NCBI GenBank assembly: GCA_028534125.1
Contig: CM052818.1
Coordinates: 49,664,001-49,728,000 of the forward strand
DNA from: Lama glama
Lineage: Eukaryota
Length of the DNA stretch: 64,000 nucleotides
Direction: 5' to 3'
Shown piece by piece: positions 11,552 through 24,580 of this stretch. The position numbers and the translations under genes were made by a program. Below the pieces are notes generated by a model. The model saw nothing but the letters and a program-made list of their open reading frames with translations. It did not search any database and was not told the origin of the DNA. The number at the start of each line of letters is the position of its first letter. The stretch's first letter is position 1.

Positions 11552-14543
11552 CTGCAGAAGAAGAAAGAAGCAGCGGGCTGGGGCTCCGACAGCAGTGACG
11601 CCGGGCCGGGCTGGGCGCACTGGGCGCATAGCACGGCCAGCGCGTGGGCCGCGGGAGAGCTGACGCTCCGTGAGCAGACACCGTCCAGACGGGCCGGCCG
11701 GGCCCGCGGGGCGGCTCTCCCGGGCCAGGCTCGCTCTCCGTTTTCAGGTTTCTTAATTAAAGTACATCTTTAATTATGTACAAGTGCTCAGGGACCCTTG
11801 AGAACATTTTAAGCTGTTGGTTGGTGTTCAATTAATTTTAACTGATAATAGCTAAAATTAATACAAATTGGCTTATCTTGTTATAACAATACTTAGAAAA
11901 CAAACTGGCATTTATTAGCAAATATTATGCCTTTTAATAAACACCAAAAGACTAATATTTGTCTATGTTTTATTCTGCGCTCTTTTTGGCAAGTTTTAAT
12001 TCACTAGTTCATTTATTTCAGAAACTACTCAATTCATTCAATGCTGAGCATCTGTTATGAACTAGACACTCAGGTAGGCATCGCCTTGGATGAAAACACA
12101 AAGAGGAAAGTCACAGCTTCCCCAAAGTCAGGAAATGCACAAAAACCTTCATAAAGACAAATATGACCAGAGAAGGGCAAAGTGCTGGCGTTCAAGGAAG
12201 AGAAGGATTAAAGGCAAGCTTCACTAAGGTGGGAGAAAGTGCAGGGGGCTTTGAAGGGTAGGTAGGGGTTCCTCATGTGAAGATGGCATGAATCCTTGGG
12301 ATAGCAGAAGGGGCCTCTGCAAAAAGCCAGAACGCAGGGGTTGACTGTCATGGAAGGGTGAAATGCAAACTTAGAGCTTAAACGTTGAATCTTAGAGCCT
12401 GGAAATCTAGGGGGAGGAGTTTACCATCGATTTGGTTACAGTGAGTGGAGGCTGCACGGCTGTGCGGGATAGCACTGGGTTTCAGCCACGGTAAGCTGCC
12501 CCTTGTGGATGGGATGTCACCTGTGGGAGGAGACAAGCTGTCGCAGGAGTACCTCGTGGTCAATTACAGCAGTGGGCGTGGACGTGGAGGGAAGAGAAGG
12601 AACAGGTGGGCCCCACAGGACTCACCCCCTCTGCTGAGCACCCCCAAGCCTCAGCCTGAGTCAGTCACCCGGACGCCTGGCTGGGCCCCGGCCCCGGAGT
12701 TTCTGATGCAGCGAGTCTAGGGCTAGTCCACCTCTAACAAGTGCAGCTCCAAGAACCGCCGCCTTGGGTCAACCCTGGAGGCCTGCGGAGGAGAGCTTCC
12801 AGACCGGAGACTCGTGGGACACCATGGAGAGCCACGCTGCGCGGGGGCCAGTGGCTGCGACGTGGAACACGGGCTTCCCAGAGAAGAGCGGTGCTGGGAG
12901 TTCTGTTCTTCTGCCATCACCTGGGGGCAATCAGGGCCCATCCCCGGAGGGCTGACAGGTGACACCAGTGTCCCCAGGAGTAAGTCAGGGCGCTGCAGAC
13001 GCCCTCGGCAGCGAGAGGCCCCGGGAGACAGCGGGACTGACACGTGCTCCCAGAGCCCGGGCACCAGGGCTGGACGGCAGGGCACCGGGGGCGGAGGGCG
13101 TGCGAGACCCCCGCAGCAGCAGCAGCGCTGGGCTGTGCAGGTTACTGTCTGGAAGGTGGACAGAGGAGTTCTCCCAGGAAGCAGGAGGGAGTGGTAACAG
13201 GATACGTAGAAGGTAAGAAATCAAAATGAGGAGCAGTGCCAACTCCCGGATAATAAGAACCCCCAGACCAAGTTACAGTAGAAGTAGCAAGAAATACACG
13301 TAGAAATAATGAAGCTGAGGTCACAGATTCACAGAAAGAGGGAAGGCCTCCAACGGGAAGAGCCCATGGGTGGTGCAAAAGCTCAGGGCGGACAGTTAGG
13401 TCCAGGGCACGCGCCCCACACACGCCCGACAAGTGTGGACTGAACTGGACGCGGAGAAGGAAAGTAGTTGTGCCTGAGTCTCAGGACTGCCCAGGGGCCA
13501 CGCACCACCCTTCTCTTCCAGCAGGTAACATGGAAGGAGCCCAGGGCCACGGGACCTCGGCCGGCCAGCTCACCCTCTTTCACCCTCATTTCCCTCCCCA
13601 GGCTGACGCCTTTCCCTTCCTGGACAGCACCTGGCCAGCCTCACACCCAGGTAGTTCCCGTAACACTGCCTTTCCCAACCAGGGCCGGACCAGGGTGAGG
13701 CCAGAGAGGCACCCAGGATGCACGTCTGGGGCGGTGCCCACCTCCGGGGCAGCCGGCCTCTCCTCCCAGGCCCCCAGCCCGCCCGACCCCGACTCCTGCC
13801 CTTTCTCACGCCAACCCTCTCCTCTGCCATGTTCCTCGACTCCAAGCCGGGGGGTCTCCTCTCCTAGACAGTCTGCCCTCCGCTGCAACGACCGACTGAT
13901 CCTGCCCTGTCTGCCGCAAGCTCCCGGGGTGAGCGGCATAGGCCGGCCCCCCATGGTCAGCATCGTGCCCACCACGTAATCCACAAAATGTCTGTGAGAA
14001 GCACGTTTTCTAACACCGAGACCAGCAATAATCCCGCACACAGAGACCCACACACAACTTCACTTAAGGATTTCTCTGAAATATACAAACACGATGCACA
14101 AACACACACTCCTGCAAGCTCAAAAGCATCCAGTAAATCAACCAATTTTACCACCACTGACAATTGGACTACATTTCCAATCGACACGAGAAAAAGGGGT
14201 AACAGAACCCCCACCGAAGCACGTTAACATTATCTAAGGAAGGATAAACACAGATGGATACAAACAACTTTTCAAACGTGTATTAAACATTAGCTCTAGG
14301 CTCCGTTCAAACCAACATGTATATTGACGTTAAAAAGCCCCAGTGTGCACGTCACACGACTGCCCGGCTCACCGCGCGCGCTCTCTCAGCTTTCTCCCTG
14401 TCTGCAGCTTCTGCACTCTCCCTGAACTCGGCCGCAGAGAACTAACTTAAGTCCAGGGGAAAAAGAGAGAAAGTTACTGATCCAGTGTCCTATTTTCCCT
14501 CTAAGTACCTTACTTGCCTGCTCGCCTCTCCCCTACGAGGATT

Positions 14544-14740
14544 TTTCTCTTACTTTCGCCACCACGTGACACTTAGGATTTTATATGTGACACTTATGAT
14601 TAATTCAATTTTTCTCTTACTTTCGCCACCACGTGACACTTATGATTTTATATGTGACACTTATGATTAATTCAATTTTTCTCTTACTTTCGCCACCACG
14701 TGACACTTATGATTTTATATGTGACACTTATGATTAATTC
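14544..14740. repeat. Tandem repeat, ~3 x 67 bp, near perfect
   Basis: Unit tttctcttactttcgccaccacgtgacacttatgattttatatgtgacacttatgattaattcaatt starting at 14544, 14611, 14678. Confidence 0.97.
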
Positions 14741-16041
14741 CACTGTTTCTGGCTTCTTTCAAAACTATGCACACTTGTATCTGCTCCACACGATTGTCCC
14801 TGTTTCTTCAGGAGTGAAACACTAATATTTACAACTGCATTCTGGACTCGGGCACTTACGGTACTGATCGTACAGACGCCCACCTTCCTAGAACATCTGT
14901 GGTCACCGTTCCTCACCGCGCTCGCCAGGCCAGCAGCCAGCCCGGGCCCTGAGGCTCCCAGCACTTACGTCTTATCACCAGTAAGTGCGTCTGTCCACTG
15001 GGGTTGCCGGTAACACAACTCTTGGGAGATCCATCTTTTATGTTTTAATTTACCCCCGAGGGAGTTAGTTGACAACAAAGTGAAAAGGAGTAACATCTTC
15101 GCTCTTCCCCCGCAGCGCCTGCCATCGGGGACCACCGCTGTGCATAAAGATGACCCTTCAGCCTCAAACCACGTCTCCTGAGTCCTCACCTTTAAAGATC
15201 AAGACTGTCTTCTCTGCATTTTCTCAACACCCTCCCACGGCAGGGCTCGGCCTGCTCGTCACCCCAGCGCCGTCCCCGACGCCAGGTCTTAACCTCCCAC
15301 TACGGCTTTGTATCCATGCCGCTCCTCACTGCTCCCTCTGAGACCCCCACAGCCAGGCCCGTGGTCTGACCCCCTGCTGTCCCCCCTAGCCAGCTCCCCC
15401 TTAAACCCCTGTGCACACGGAACCTCTCCCCTGCTGGTCCCTGCCCACACGCAGCCATGGACGACTCCATCCACCTGCCCGTCTCGTCCAAGGACCCTGC
15501 AGCCCTGCAGCTGCCACTGCAGATCCCAGCATCCGGTCCCACTGGGCTCGGCGCTGCTCGGCAAACCCCCTGGTCCTTCTGTTCACTGCCCTGCTCTCCT
15601 CTCCCCTCCCCAGCGCCCATCTTCCAGGTCACAGCACCGTCCATCTGCTCAGGACCTTGTCCCCCCACCACCCCGCCTCTCACGTCCCACCCTCCAGCCC
15701 AGGACCCCACGGCCTGGCTCTAGGACCTTCCTGGTCTACTGCATCCTCGCAGTAACACTCAGTTGTATGCAGGGAACGACGGAGAACTTCCCCCAAAACG
15801 CCACACTCGCTCATGGTCACGGCTGCAGCCCCACCCCTCGCCCGCTGCTCACCAAGCCCCCTTGTCAGCTGTAGTCACCACGCCCAGCGCGGGGCGGATG
15901 CTCAGTAACTTTGTTGAACAAATAAAATCAGAGTGAACCATGAATCATTTCAGACCTTGCTGGTCCAGGCAGGAAATCCTCCTTGAAAAGCACAAAACAA
16001 GCCCCCAGACCCGGGTCCCCACAGCCGAGTGAGAGCCTTAC

Positions 16042-16170
16042 TTTCGAACGCCTCCCAGAGGAAAGACTTTCTCTCCAATCGTGGCCAGCACACAATTCCA
16101 CTCCATCAGGCTGAATTTGGGGATAATAATTTTCACAGGTGGGATAAATAATCTTCCATTTGTGAAAACA
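16042..16170 (-). CDS. DCDC2C: DCDC2C exon 4, 129 nt (second DCX domain)
   Basis: cttgcag|T GTT TTC ... VFTNGRLFIPPVKIIIPKFSLMEWNCVLATIGEKVFPLGGVR(K) ... AA|gtaagg; in frame with exon 3. Confidence 0.95.
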
Positions 16171-16504
16171 CTGCAAGAATAAAAGGAAAAGCCATCATTA
16201 GTGCCTCACGCTTTAGGGAAAACTCTGGGAATTCAAGAAAAGCATGTAATTAGAGAACCGTGACAGCCCCTCAGGGCCCACATCCCACCCCAGATAGGAC
16301 GGCCACCAGCCGCCCGGGCGCTCAGAGCCAGCAACGGAACAGGAGCACTGGGGACATGGCTTCATAGGATATGAAACACCCAGAGGAACAGGACTAAACA
16401 ATATCCTTTTTAAAATACGCCTTCATGACAGCGGGTAACACAGATGAAAACTGTGACCAGCTGGAAAACAAACGGGGATGTTCTGCCTATAAAAATGCAG
16501 CTGT

Positions 16505-17045
16505 TAACCAGGATACGGAAGCACCTAAATGCCCATCGACAGATGACTGGGTGAGGAAGATGCGGTGCATGTACATACATATACACACAATGGAGTACTA
16601 CTCAGCCATAAAGAGGGTGAAATAATGCCACTTGCAGCATCATGAGTGGACCTCGAGATGATCATACTAAGTGAAGTAAGTCAGACAGAGAAAGACACAT
16701 ACGTGGTATCACTTTTATGTAGAACCTAAAAAACGATGCAAAGGAGCTTATTTACAAAAGAGAAACAGACTCACAGACAGAAAACAAACTTATGGTTTCT
16801 AAAGGGGAAAGCGGGGGGAGGGATAAATTGGGAGTCTGGGATTAACAGCTACACCACTGCTGTATGTACAACAGACGAACCGCAGGGTCCTACCGTGCAG
16901 CACAAGGATCGGTGCTCAGTACCTTTGCAAAAGCCTATGATGAAAAATACGTATATAACACACACACATCACGTGTGACTGAGTCCCCTTGCCGTGCACC
17001 GGGAACTAGCACGCTATACGTCAACTACACCTCAACAAAAAAATT
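16505..17045 (+). mobile_element. L1 3' end
   Basis: cctaaatgcccatcgacagatgactgg...tactactcagccata...actaagtgaagtaagtcagacagagaaagac. Confidence 0.85.
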
Positions 17046-19250
17046 AAGTAAGTCAATAAATAATAGTTCAAATGCAGCTACCGTCCCTTCCCACTGTCCC
17101 AAGACAGGGTCCCAAAGGCGGTTACGTGCATCCTGGGAAAGATGACAGGCGCTGCTGGCTTCACTCTCGCAGGGGGCAGGGTGTGGCCGGCACAGACCCA
17201 GCGCAGTTACCGGCTCTCTGGCGCTGCGAGGCCGCGCCGCGTGGGCACAGCTCCAGACCCCCGTGGCTCACCTTACGACGCCATGAAACACGCACGTCAG
17301 GCTGCAGGAGCTCGGCTGGACCACACCGGGCTGCAATGTGTTGCTCTACCATTTGTGACGACTTGCTTTATTGTCACTGTTTTTCTTTAAATGCAAATAA
17401 TATTGGAGAAATACATCTTTTATCAGAGTAAATGTAAATTTTAATTTAAAATGTTTGTACACAATAAAGAGAATCCGTTTTCTCAGCCGAGGCTCTGTAG
17501 CAAAAGGCCTGCAATCAACCCAGAGGCGACCTTTCTCCATATTTAAATACCACCCGAAAACAAACCCCGAAAGGGAAGCTCCGCGCGGGCCGAGCACAGG
17601 CACCCCCGGGGCTGTCACCGCCGCACGGGAGGCCGGCCGCGCCCCACCTGCTGGTGCTGCTGCGTGGTTTGCGCCAAAGTCTTTCCAAACACAGATGACT
17701 AGCAATAACACGGAGAGAAGTGCTGAGACAAGGCCATTTGTATTTTTATCCAAGTTTTTTTAAGATACTTACTATGCGTTCTCATCCTGAGGGCGGGGGA
17801 ACGGGCACGCTGCCGTGAGCTCGGAGAGCCCTCCTAACCACTTCGTCTTTAAGTTACAAGGTCTCCAAGGAAACATGATCAGGCCTCTTCTTGGTAGAAA
17901 AGACCCTGCATTTGGATGGATGTCTGGGTCCACCTAGTGGAATTTCTAGCACACCAACGTAAAGAATGGGGCACATGTCTTAAGACTGACCAGTTTATAA
18001 CAGAAACAAAATCTATCAAAATAAGTGAGAACCACTGACATCTTCAGTCATACCAAAAAGAAAAAATACGTATCCCCTGGGTATGTGTCTCCGCCAGGAA
18101 GGACCCACAAGCCAATAATGTTCCCTGAGATTTCCATCCATTCTTCAGAAAAGGGTGCCCTTCACACACTCAGGGACACTGTGCTTCTCAGTATTTCAAA
18201 ACAGCTCTCAGTTATATAAAAGGCACAGCGGAAAGATCTCGGATGTGTACAGTGGCCCCCCTGCAGAAGTTCAAGGAGAGGTGTTTTAAAGAATGATGGT
18301 AGGGTTTGGAAGGAAAGTGGAAGGAGCAGCTTAGCTAATAAACAGGTCGTGTTTCCTCCATCCTGGGCTTCCCATCTGGGGCTTCGCTGGGTCTGGCAGG
18401 GTCCTCGGTCCTCTGCTGGGCAGTGGGGCATAAGGGACCACTCAACCCAATGTGGCAGACGTGACCACAGCCAAGCGAGGCTGGGACTGCCGGCTGCTGG
18501 TGACCCTCGGACACGGAGCCCACGACCCCGAAAAGTCACTGAAATTCCTCCCACTGGGAGCAGAGCCGGGTAACGTCATGTCAGGGATGTCATCCCTAAA
18601 GTATCAGAACACCACCACACAAGAAGGATTTGGGGGAACGGCCGCCCTTGACGAGCACTGGGCAGGGCTTCCTGGGAGCGGCCCCACTGAGCCTTCTCCA
18701 TCCTTGCTGGCGGATGTCACCTTCCTGTTACAAACGAGGATGCCAGTTCGGAGAGAGGGTGTATGTGCCAGTCACAGAGCCAACAAGGTGAAAGGCGGGA
18801 TTTGAACCAGCGCTTTGTCTGGGTCAAGTATGTTCTCCTTCTGCAACCCCAAATGTACGGCAGGTGGGCCCACAAAGTGGTCCCGATTAACCTGGACAGA
18901 CAGGCTGCACTGCCCCTCCATGCCAGCAGCTCCCTGGAGCAGCCAGGAATCCAGGCACCCCGGTCCTGGGGGGCCCTGCCGAGGGTGTGTCCCCACAGGG
19001 CTTTGGCAGTGAGAGCTCGCGGTGGGAACCTAACTTCTACGTTTCCTTTCCACCTGCAGCAGCTGCAGTGACCAGATTACCAAAAATCAATTAAAAGCCA
19101 AGGCTACACTGTGTGCTTCCGCCGCCCCCACGTGAACGGTGAACTGCGGGGGGGCAATCAGATTGCTTTTCCAAAACCAAGGTTCAAGAGAGGAAGAATC
19201 TGCAGCCCCTGAAAGGCCGGATCACAGGGAAGAAGGGAAGGAACAGCCTC

Positions 19251-19436
19251 AGAGGGAGGGAGAGGAGGGGGGAAGAGAGGGGAGGGGGAGGAGAGGGGAG
19301 GGGGGAGGAGGGGGGAGGAGGGGGGAAGGGAAGGGAGGAGGAGGGGGGAGGAGGGGGGAGGGGGAAGAGGGGAGGAGGAGGGGGAGGAGGGGGAGGAGGG
19401 GGAGGAGGAGAGGGGAGGGGGGGAAGAGGGGAGGGG
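19251..19436 (+). repeat. 186-nt pure purine, G-rich tract (GGA/GGGGA units)
   Basis: Only G and A on + strand. Confidence 0.97.
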
Positions 19437-19479
19437 TGACGTCTGTAAGGCGCTCAGAGAAGTGGCGGCTGGTACTCAC

Positions 19480-19556
19480 TTTATTTGTCGGGACGGACGG
19501 TGAACCGTCTGCCACCTGGAAGGCACGTTGATGTTGCAGTGCACCACCGGTTTGAT
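19480..19556 (-). CDS. DCDC2C: DCDC2C exon 3, 77 nt
   Basis: tttctcttttcag|ATC AAA CCG ... IKPVVHCNINVPSRWQTVHRPSRQI(N) ... AA|gtgagt. Confidence 0.92.
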
Positions 19557-19904
19557 CTGAAAAGAGAAACAGTATGCCTGAGGACTCAGCTCCAGCCTGC
19601 ACACACCTGTTAAACTACCACCCGTATACATAGCACTGCCCCAAACCTAAGCAAAGGTGGGGGTGGCACCGCCGCTTCTCTGCCCTCCCCTCTCCTCCCT
19701 CCCTCCCTCCCCCACCCCCCCACACCTGCCTCTTCCGGGTGTTTAAACACCAAGCTTGTTCCCACAGGCGCTCGCCCCGGCATGTGCCCCCCGGTCTCTG
19801 CACAGCTCAGACGCCAGCTCCTCCGGGAGGCCGGCCCTGACGACCACACACCTTGAGTTACTTCCACCCCGGCACTAGCACTGCCTGACATTTCTGTGCT
19901 GATT

Positions 19905-20062
19905 TATTTGCTTGTTACTGACTCCTCCTTGCAGACCGGCAGCCTCCTGAGAGCAGGGACCGTGCTTGTCCTGTTCAGTGAGGTGTCCCCGGGCCGTGAA
20001 CCATGAGTGGCCCCGAGAGCAGGACTGGTAAGTATTTCATGAATATGAATGAATGAATGGTG
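19905..20062 (+). mobile_element. L2 3'-end-like remnant
   Basis: ctcctgagagcagggaccgtgcttgtcctgttc ... aagtatttcatgaatatgaatgaatgaatg. Confidence 0.6.
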
Positions 20063-23000
20063 AGCGCCTGAGTGACGACAAGTGAAAAACGGCTCTGATA
20101 CTCTGGAAAGGTCCCCAGAAAAGGTGATGTCACTGAAGCCTGGCAATCCACACCCACACGCCCCGTTACCCCGTAGTCACGCTATATACAAACTCGTACA
20201 CGCCTTGGACGGACAGGGACAAAATCAGTGCCATGAATAACAACGGCCACCACGAACTTACAGACCTATTGGAAACACAACAACAGAAATTATCCTCTGC
20301 AGAATTCTGCTAAGGTGCAGCTGCCCTAAGAAACGCTTTCTGCTTGATAGCATAAAATTGCAGAAACAATGAACTGACTGCTTTTCCATGTGTTAATGAC
20401 TCATTAACCCCGATAACACCTGCCTAATTAGGTAACGCCAGCAATTACAGACACGACTCTCGACGCTCCCCCGTCCTCCACACGATAATCGCCTCAGAAG
20501 TTTCAGGCAAACACGGTTTTCTGTCACTGTGTGGTGGTGATGACAGTTTCAAAGACCCGTGTCACTCACCTGTCCCGAGAGGCAGGACGCAGTGGGCCCT
20601 GGAGGTCTTTCGTAAGGGTCCAGGGTAACTGAACCAAGTTTGCATCCGTGATGGAAGACACTCGAGGCTACCAAAGCTGTGTTTCCCCAAGTAGCACCTA
20701 CGGTTTGTTGAATGTCTGCTGTGTTTCAGGCCCTGCACTCACACCTTTCCAGACATTCATACCTAACCCTCAAAGCAGCCAGGCAAAACATCCAGGTGAC
20801 AAAGAATCAGAGAGGGTATGTAACCTTCCCAGGAACACACAGCTCTGAAGTGTCTTGGTCACAATAAGTCATCACAAAACATTTCACTGCAGTTTTTAGC
20901 AAAATGGGGATTTGAACCTACGCCAGCACAGCATTTAGGAGCCTGTTTTCAGCCACCTCGATTCCGGTACAGACTCCGCCACCTTCTCACCACGTGACCT
21001 GGATCCGGTCGTCTCACCTCCCCGAGCCTCCGCTCGCTCAAGCATGCAGTGCGGAGGAAGGGGGTGCGTGTCCCACGGGTCTGCTTCTGACGTGAGGAAC
21101 ACAGGCGAGGGACGCGCTGCCGGGGCTCGGCGGTGAGCCCGGAGCCCACTCGATAGCAGTCCTGGTGATTCTTGTTGTTGCTCCGAAGTCCCTGCTCTTT
21201 GCACCTCATCATCCTGCTCCAACTGCCCTCAGGGGCCCTCCTCACGGCCTTTTTCACGCAAAACATCACACATCACACAAGAAGAATCTCACGTCAAGAG
21301 AAGTCCTGGTCAGGCACCGACACCAAGGAGAGAACCTCGTCATAAACAGTGTCCATCAGGGTCCGGTGCTCACAGCGCCAGGAAGGTGAGCGCGCGCAGG
21401 CGGTCCCACTGACCGGCTCAGCGCAGGTGCTCGGCCCGAGGCTACACAGATCACTGTCCAGAGACGCCCAGCTGCCGCGGACCGCAGGAGCCCACACAAG
21501 GTGCAGTGGTCCCTGCACTTCTCATTTCAGTCACTGAGAAAAGGTTGCCCTGGCTCACCTCCAAAGTCACTTCAAATTCCCATTCCGTGATGCTGTGAAT
21601 TAAAATAAAAGTCAGCTTCGCTCTTTCCCAAAGATGTCCAGCCTTATTCTGGAGCAGCGACGTGATAACGGGAAGGAGGCAGGCAGATGAGAGCTCACCC
21701 CTCACCCACCCAGCACCACGACCTGCAGAAATGTGGCGAATCCGGGCAAACCCTCAGTGTTGCAGCCCCCTCCCTGCTTTCACACGGCATTACGGGCCCT
21801 CGAGGGGGAGGGCAGGCAAGTGTGCCCAAAACACGGTTGGGGAAATGGGCTCCTCAGCCCCCGTGGTCATAGTAATGATGAGTTTTTATTTTTTATCTTT
21901 AGGAAATTTTTGCCTTTTTTGACATTAAAAAAAAAACAGCATGACTAGGGTCTTACAACTGACTGATCAGGTGTCATGCACTTTGTAAAGTACTGTTTTA
22001 ATCCTAATAGTTAGGATTTCGCCCCGTCTGGAAAGAAGGACGGAAGCAGGGGCACGTGCCTGCCCAGCCCTCCGAGCGCTCCTGGACTGAGATGCGCAGG
22101 AGGGGTCCATGTGCGGGTCAGCTGTCCCCTCTGAGACACAGTGGAGCCGGTCACGAGGGGCCTGGAGTGGGGATTCGCCAGAGGGAGAGGCACAGAGGGC
22201 TCAGGGTCGCCAGGCCAGCAGCCCCTCGTTTCCGACGCCAGGACTGGGCCCTGGGGACCAGCGACCGTCCCGGAGTCTGCAGTGTTGTGTCACAGCAGCT
22301 GAGCCAAGCGCTCGCGCCACCCAGACTCCCACCAGAGCAGCCCAAAGAGCGACGCCATTCCAGCTTTTATATTTCAAACCCTGTTAGTTCGGCAATTTCT
22401 TTCTTTAGCGGGAAAGATGCTTTATCTTCTCCAAAGATTCTGAATCACCGACGGCTCCCTGACGCGTTTCTTTCTCCCTCTCCTCATCGCTGTCGTCACC
22501 GCCTCTTCCTCAAAAAGTGGGAACACAAAACGCAAAGCAACTAACCCACCGGCAAGTATCCTTGGAGCGAGCCCAGCACGCACAGGGCCTGAACTACAGG
22601 AAGGAGTCAGGCCGTGGAGGACGGGAAGAGCCGTTCAGTGAGGCAGGAGGAACAGCACACACAGCGCTGGTCAGAGGGCCCCGGCCCATCCTCGTGGACA
22701 CAAGGGGGGGGAACGGAACACGCATCCGGACTGGATCTCGCACACAGAGGGAGCGGTGCCGGGTGAGGCTGAGGAAGAAAGCAAGTGGCAGATGAAGACA
22801 GGATCGCGCTCAGCAGCGCAGGCTCCACCCCTCGGAGCAGGGCGCGCCTTGGCGGGTCTGAACCAGGGGACGGATGTGATCAGACTGGAAAGGGCCGGGC
22901 TGCAGGCAGGAGGACCAGCCGGAAGGCAGGAGCCTCTCTCCAGGAACAGCTCTTGGTGTCCTCAACAGAGTAAGAGGAACAGAGACAGCAGCAAGCGAGT

Positions 23001-23799
23001 GGACTTGAGAGGAGGTAGACGGGGGGCCAGGAGGGCTGGGGGGCTTCTGGGAGAAGTGAGAACTAGGAATAGCGTCTAGGTTTCTGGTCTGAGGGGCCGA
23101 GAGCACAGTTCCAACCTCTGAAACAGGGAACACAGATAATGACTGGGCTTGGGGAAGACGCCAAACTTGACGTGCCGAATCCGGGTATCCTTGGGACGTC
23201 CAGGTGACAGTGCCCCGTAGACAGAGGAGTGGGTCCTGAGTCAGAGAGACATGCGAGTCTTGGGCACGTGGGTGACGGTGGAAGCCACGGAAGAGATGGG
23301 GGAGGAGAGGAACCAGGGCAGCCCTCGGAGGGACATGGACACACAAAGGACAATGACAGTAGTTCCACACGGAGAATTCAGACGAAACAACCACAGAGAG
23401 TGAGAAGAGAGAAGGGTTTCAGATGACAAGGGAAGAAATGGTTTCAAGGATGAGAAAGGGGACCAGTTCACAGCCACCAGCATGGCTATAATTGAAAAAG
23501 GTTTAAATGCCCATCAACTTCAGAATGAATTAAACACGGTGCATTCATACAGTGGGATGTTATTCAGCCCCGGAAAGGCATAAAAAGACAACACATGCTA
23601 CAACACAGGGAAACCTTAAAAACGTTACGCTAAGTTTAAGTAGGCACATGCGGAGGGCCCCAAATAGTGTGATTCTACTTGGACAAAATGTCCAGACTAT
23701 GCAAATCCCCAGAGTCACCTGCTACCACTCATCTTCGCTCACCCACTCGTGGGCGGCTCCAGAGCAATTCTTCCTATTCTCTCCCATCATCAGTCTACC

Positions 23800-24580
23800 C
23801 ACAAAAGACCCTGAATAGCCAAAGCTCTCTTGACAAAGAAGCAAAGCTGGAGGCATTTACAATCTATAAATACAAGCTATTAGGTGATCAAACCTGACGG
23901 TGCTGTGCACAGACAGCAGGTCACCGGGACAGAGCCAAAAGTCCAGAAACAAGCCCACGGGTATACGGCCGATTACTTTTCAGCAAAGGATCCAAAAGTA
24001 TACCATGAGGAAAGCAGGGTCTCTTGAACAAATGGTGCTGGGAAAACTGGGCAGCCACATGCAGAAGAACGGACCTGCACACGGAAGTCAACTCAAAATG
24101 GACTGAAGACCGGAAGGTGAAACCCAAAGCCGTGAAACTAGAAGAACACATAGGGCATCTTGGCGTCGGTCTTGGCAGTGATTGTTGGTATTTGACGCCG
24201 AAAGCAAATGTAACAAGAGCAAAACTGAGCAAGCGGGACGGCATCAAACGTCATACATAAGAAGCTTCCACTCAGCAAAGGAAACCAGAAAAAAAATGGA
24301 AAGGCAACCTACCGAGTGAAAGAAAACACTTGCAAACCGTGTATCTGCTAAGAGGTTACTAACAAAGAACTCACACAGCTCAGCAGCAAAAACAGACACA
24401 CACACAAATAAATAAATACCCTAGTTTAAAAATGGGCAAAATACTGAACAGACATTTTCCCAAAGAAGACGTACCACCAGCCAAGAGGTGCAGGGAGACG
24501 TGCTCAGCAGCAGTAATTTTCTTCGTTTTGCATCAGGGAAACGCGCACCAAATCACAGTGAGGTGTCACCTCACACCTCG
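23800..24580 (+). mobile_element. Decayed L1 ORF2 fragment
   Basis: ORF track NKWCWENWAATCRR..., L1 ORF2-like; aaatgggcaaaatactgaacagacatttt. Confidence 0.85.

Noticed and set aside
14544..14740. CRISPR-like repeated units
   Set aside because: Head-to-tail tandem copies with no unique spacers, in a mammalian intron.
21559..21592. 34-nt exon-like segment with AG/GT ends (phase would bridge exons 1 and 3)
   Set aside because: No similarity to the expected exon 2 peptide; cannot be supported without transcripts.
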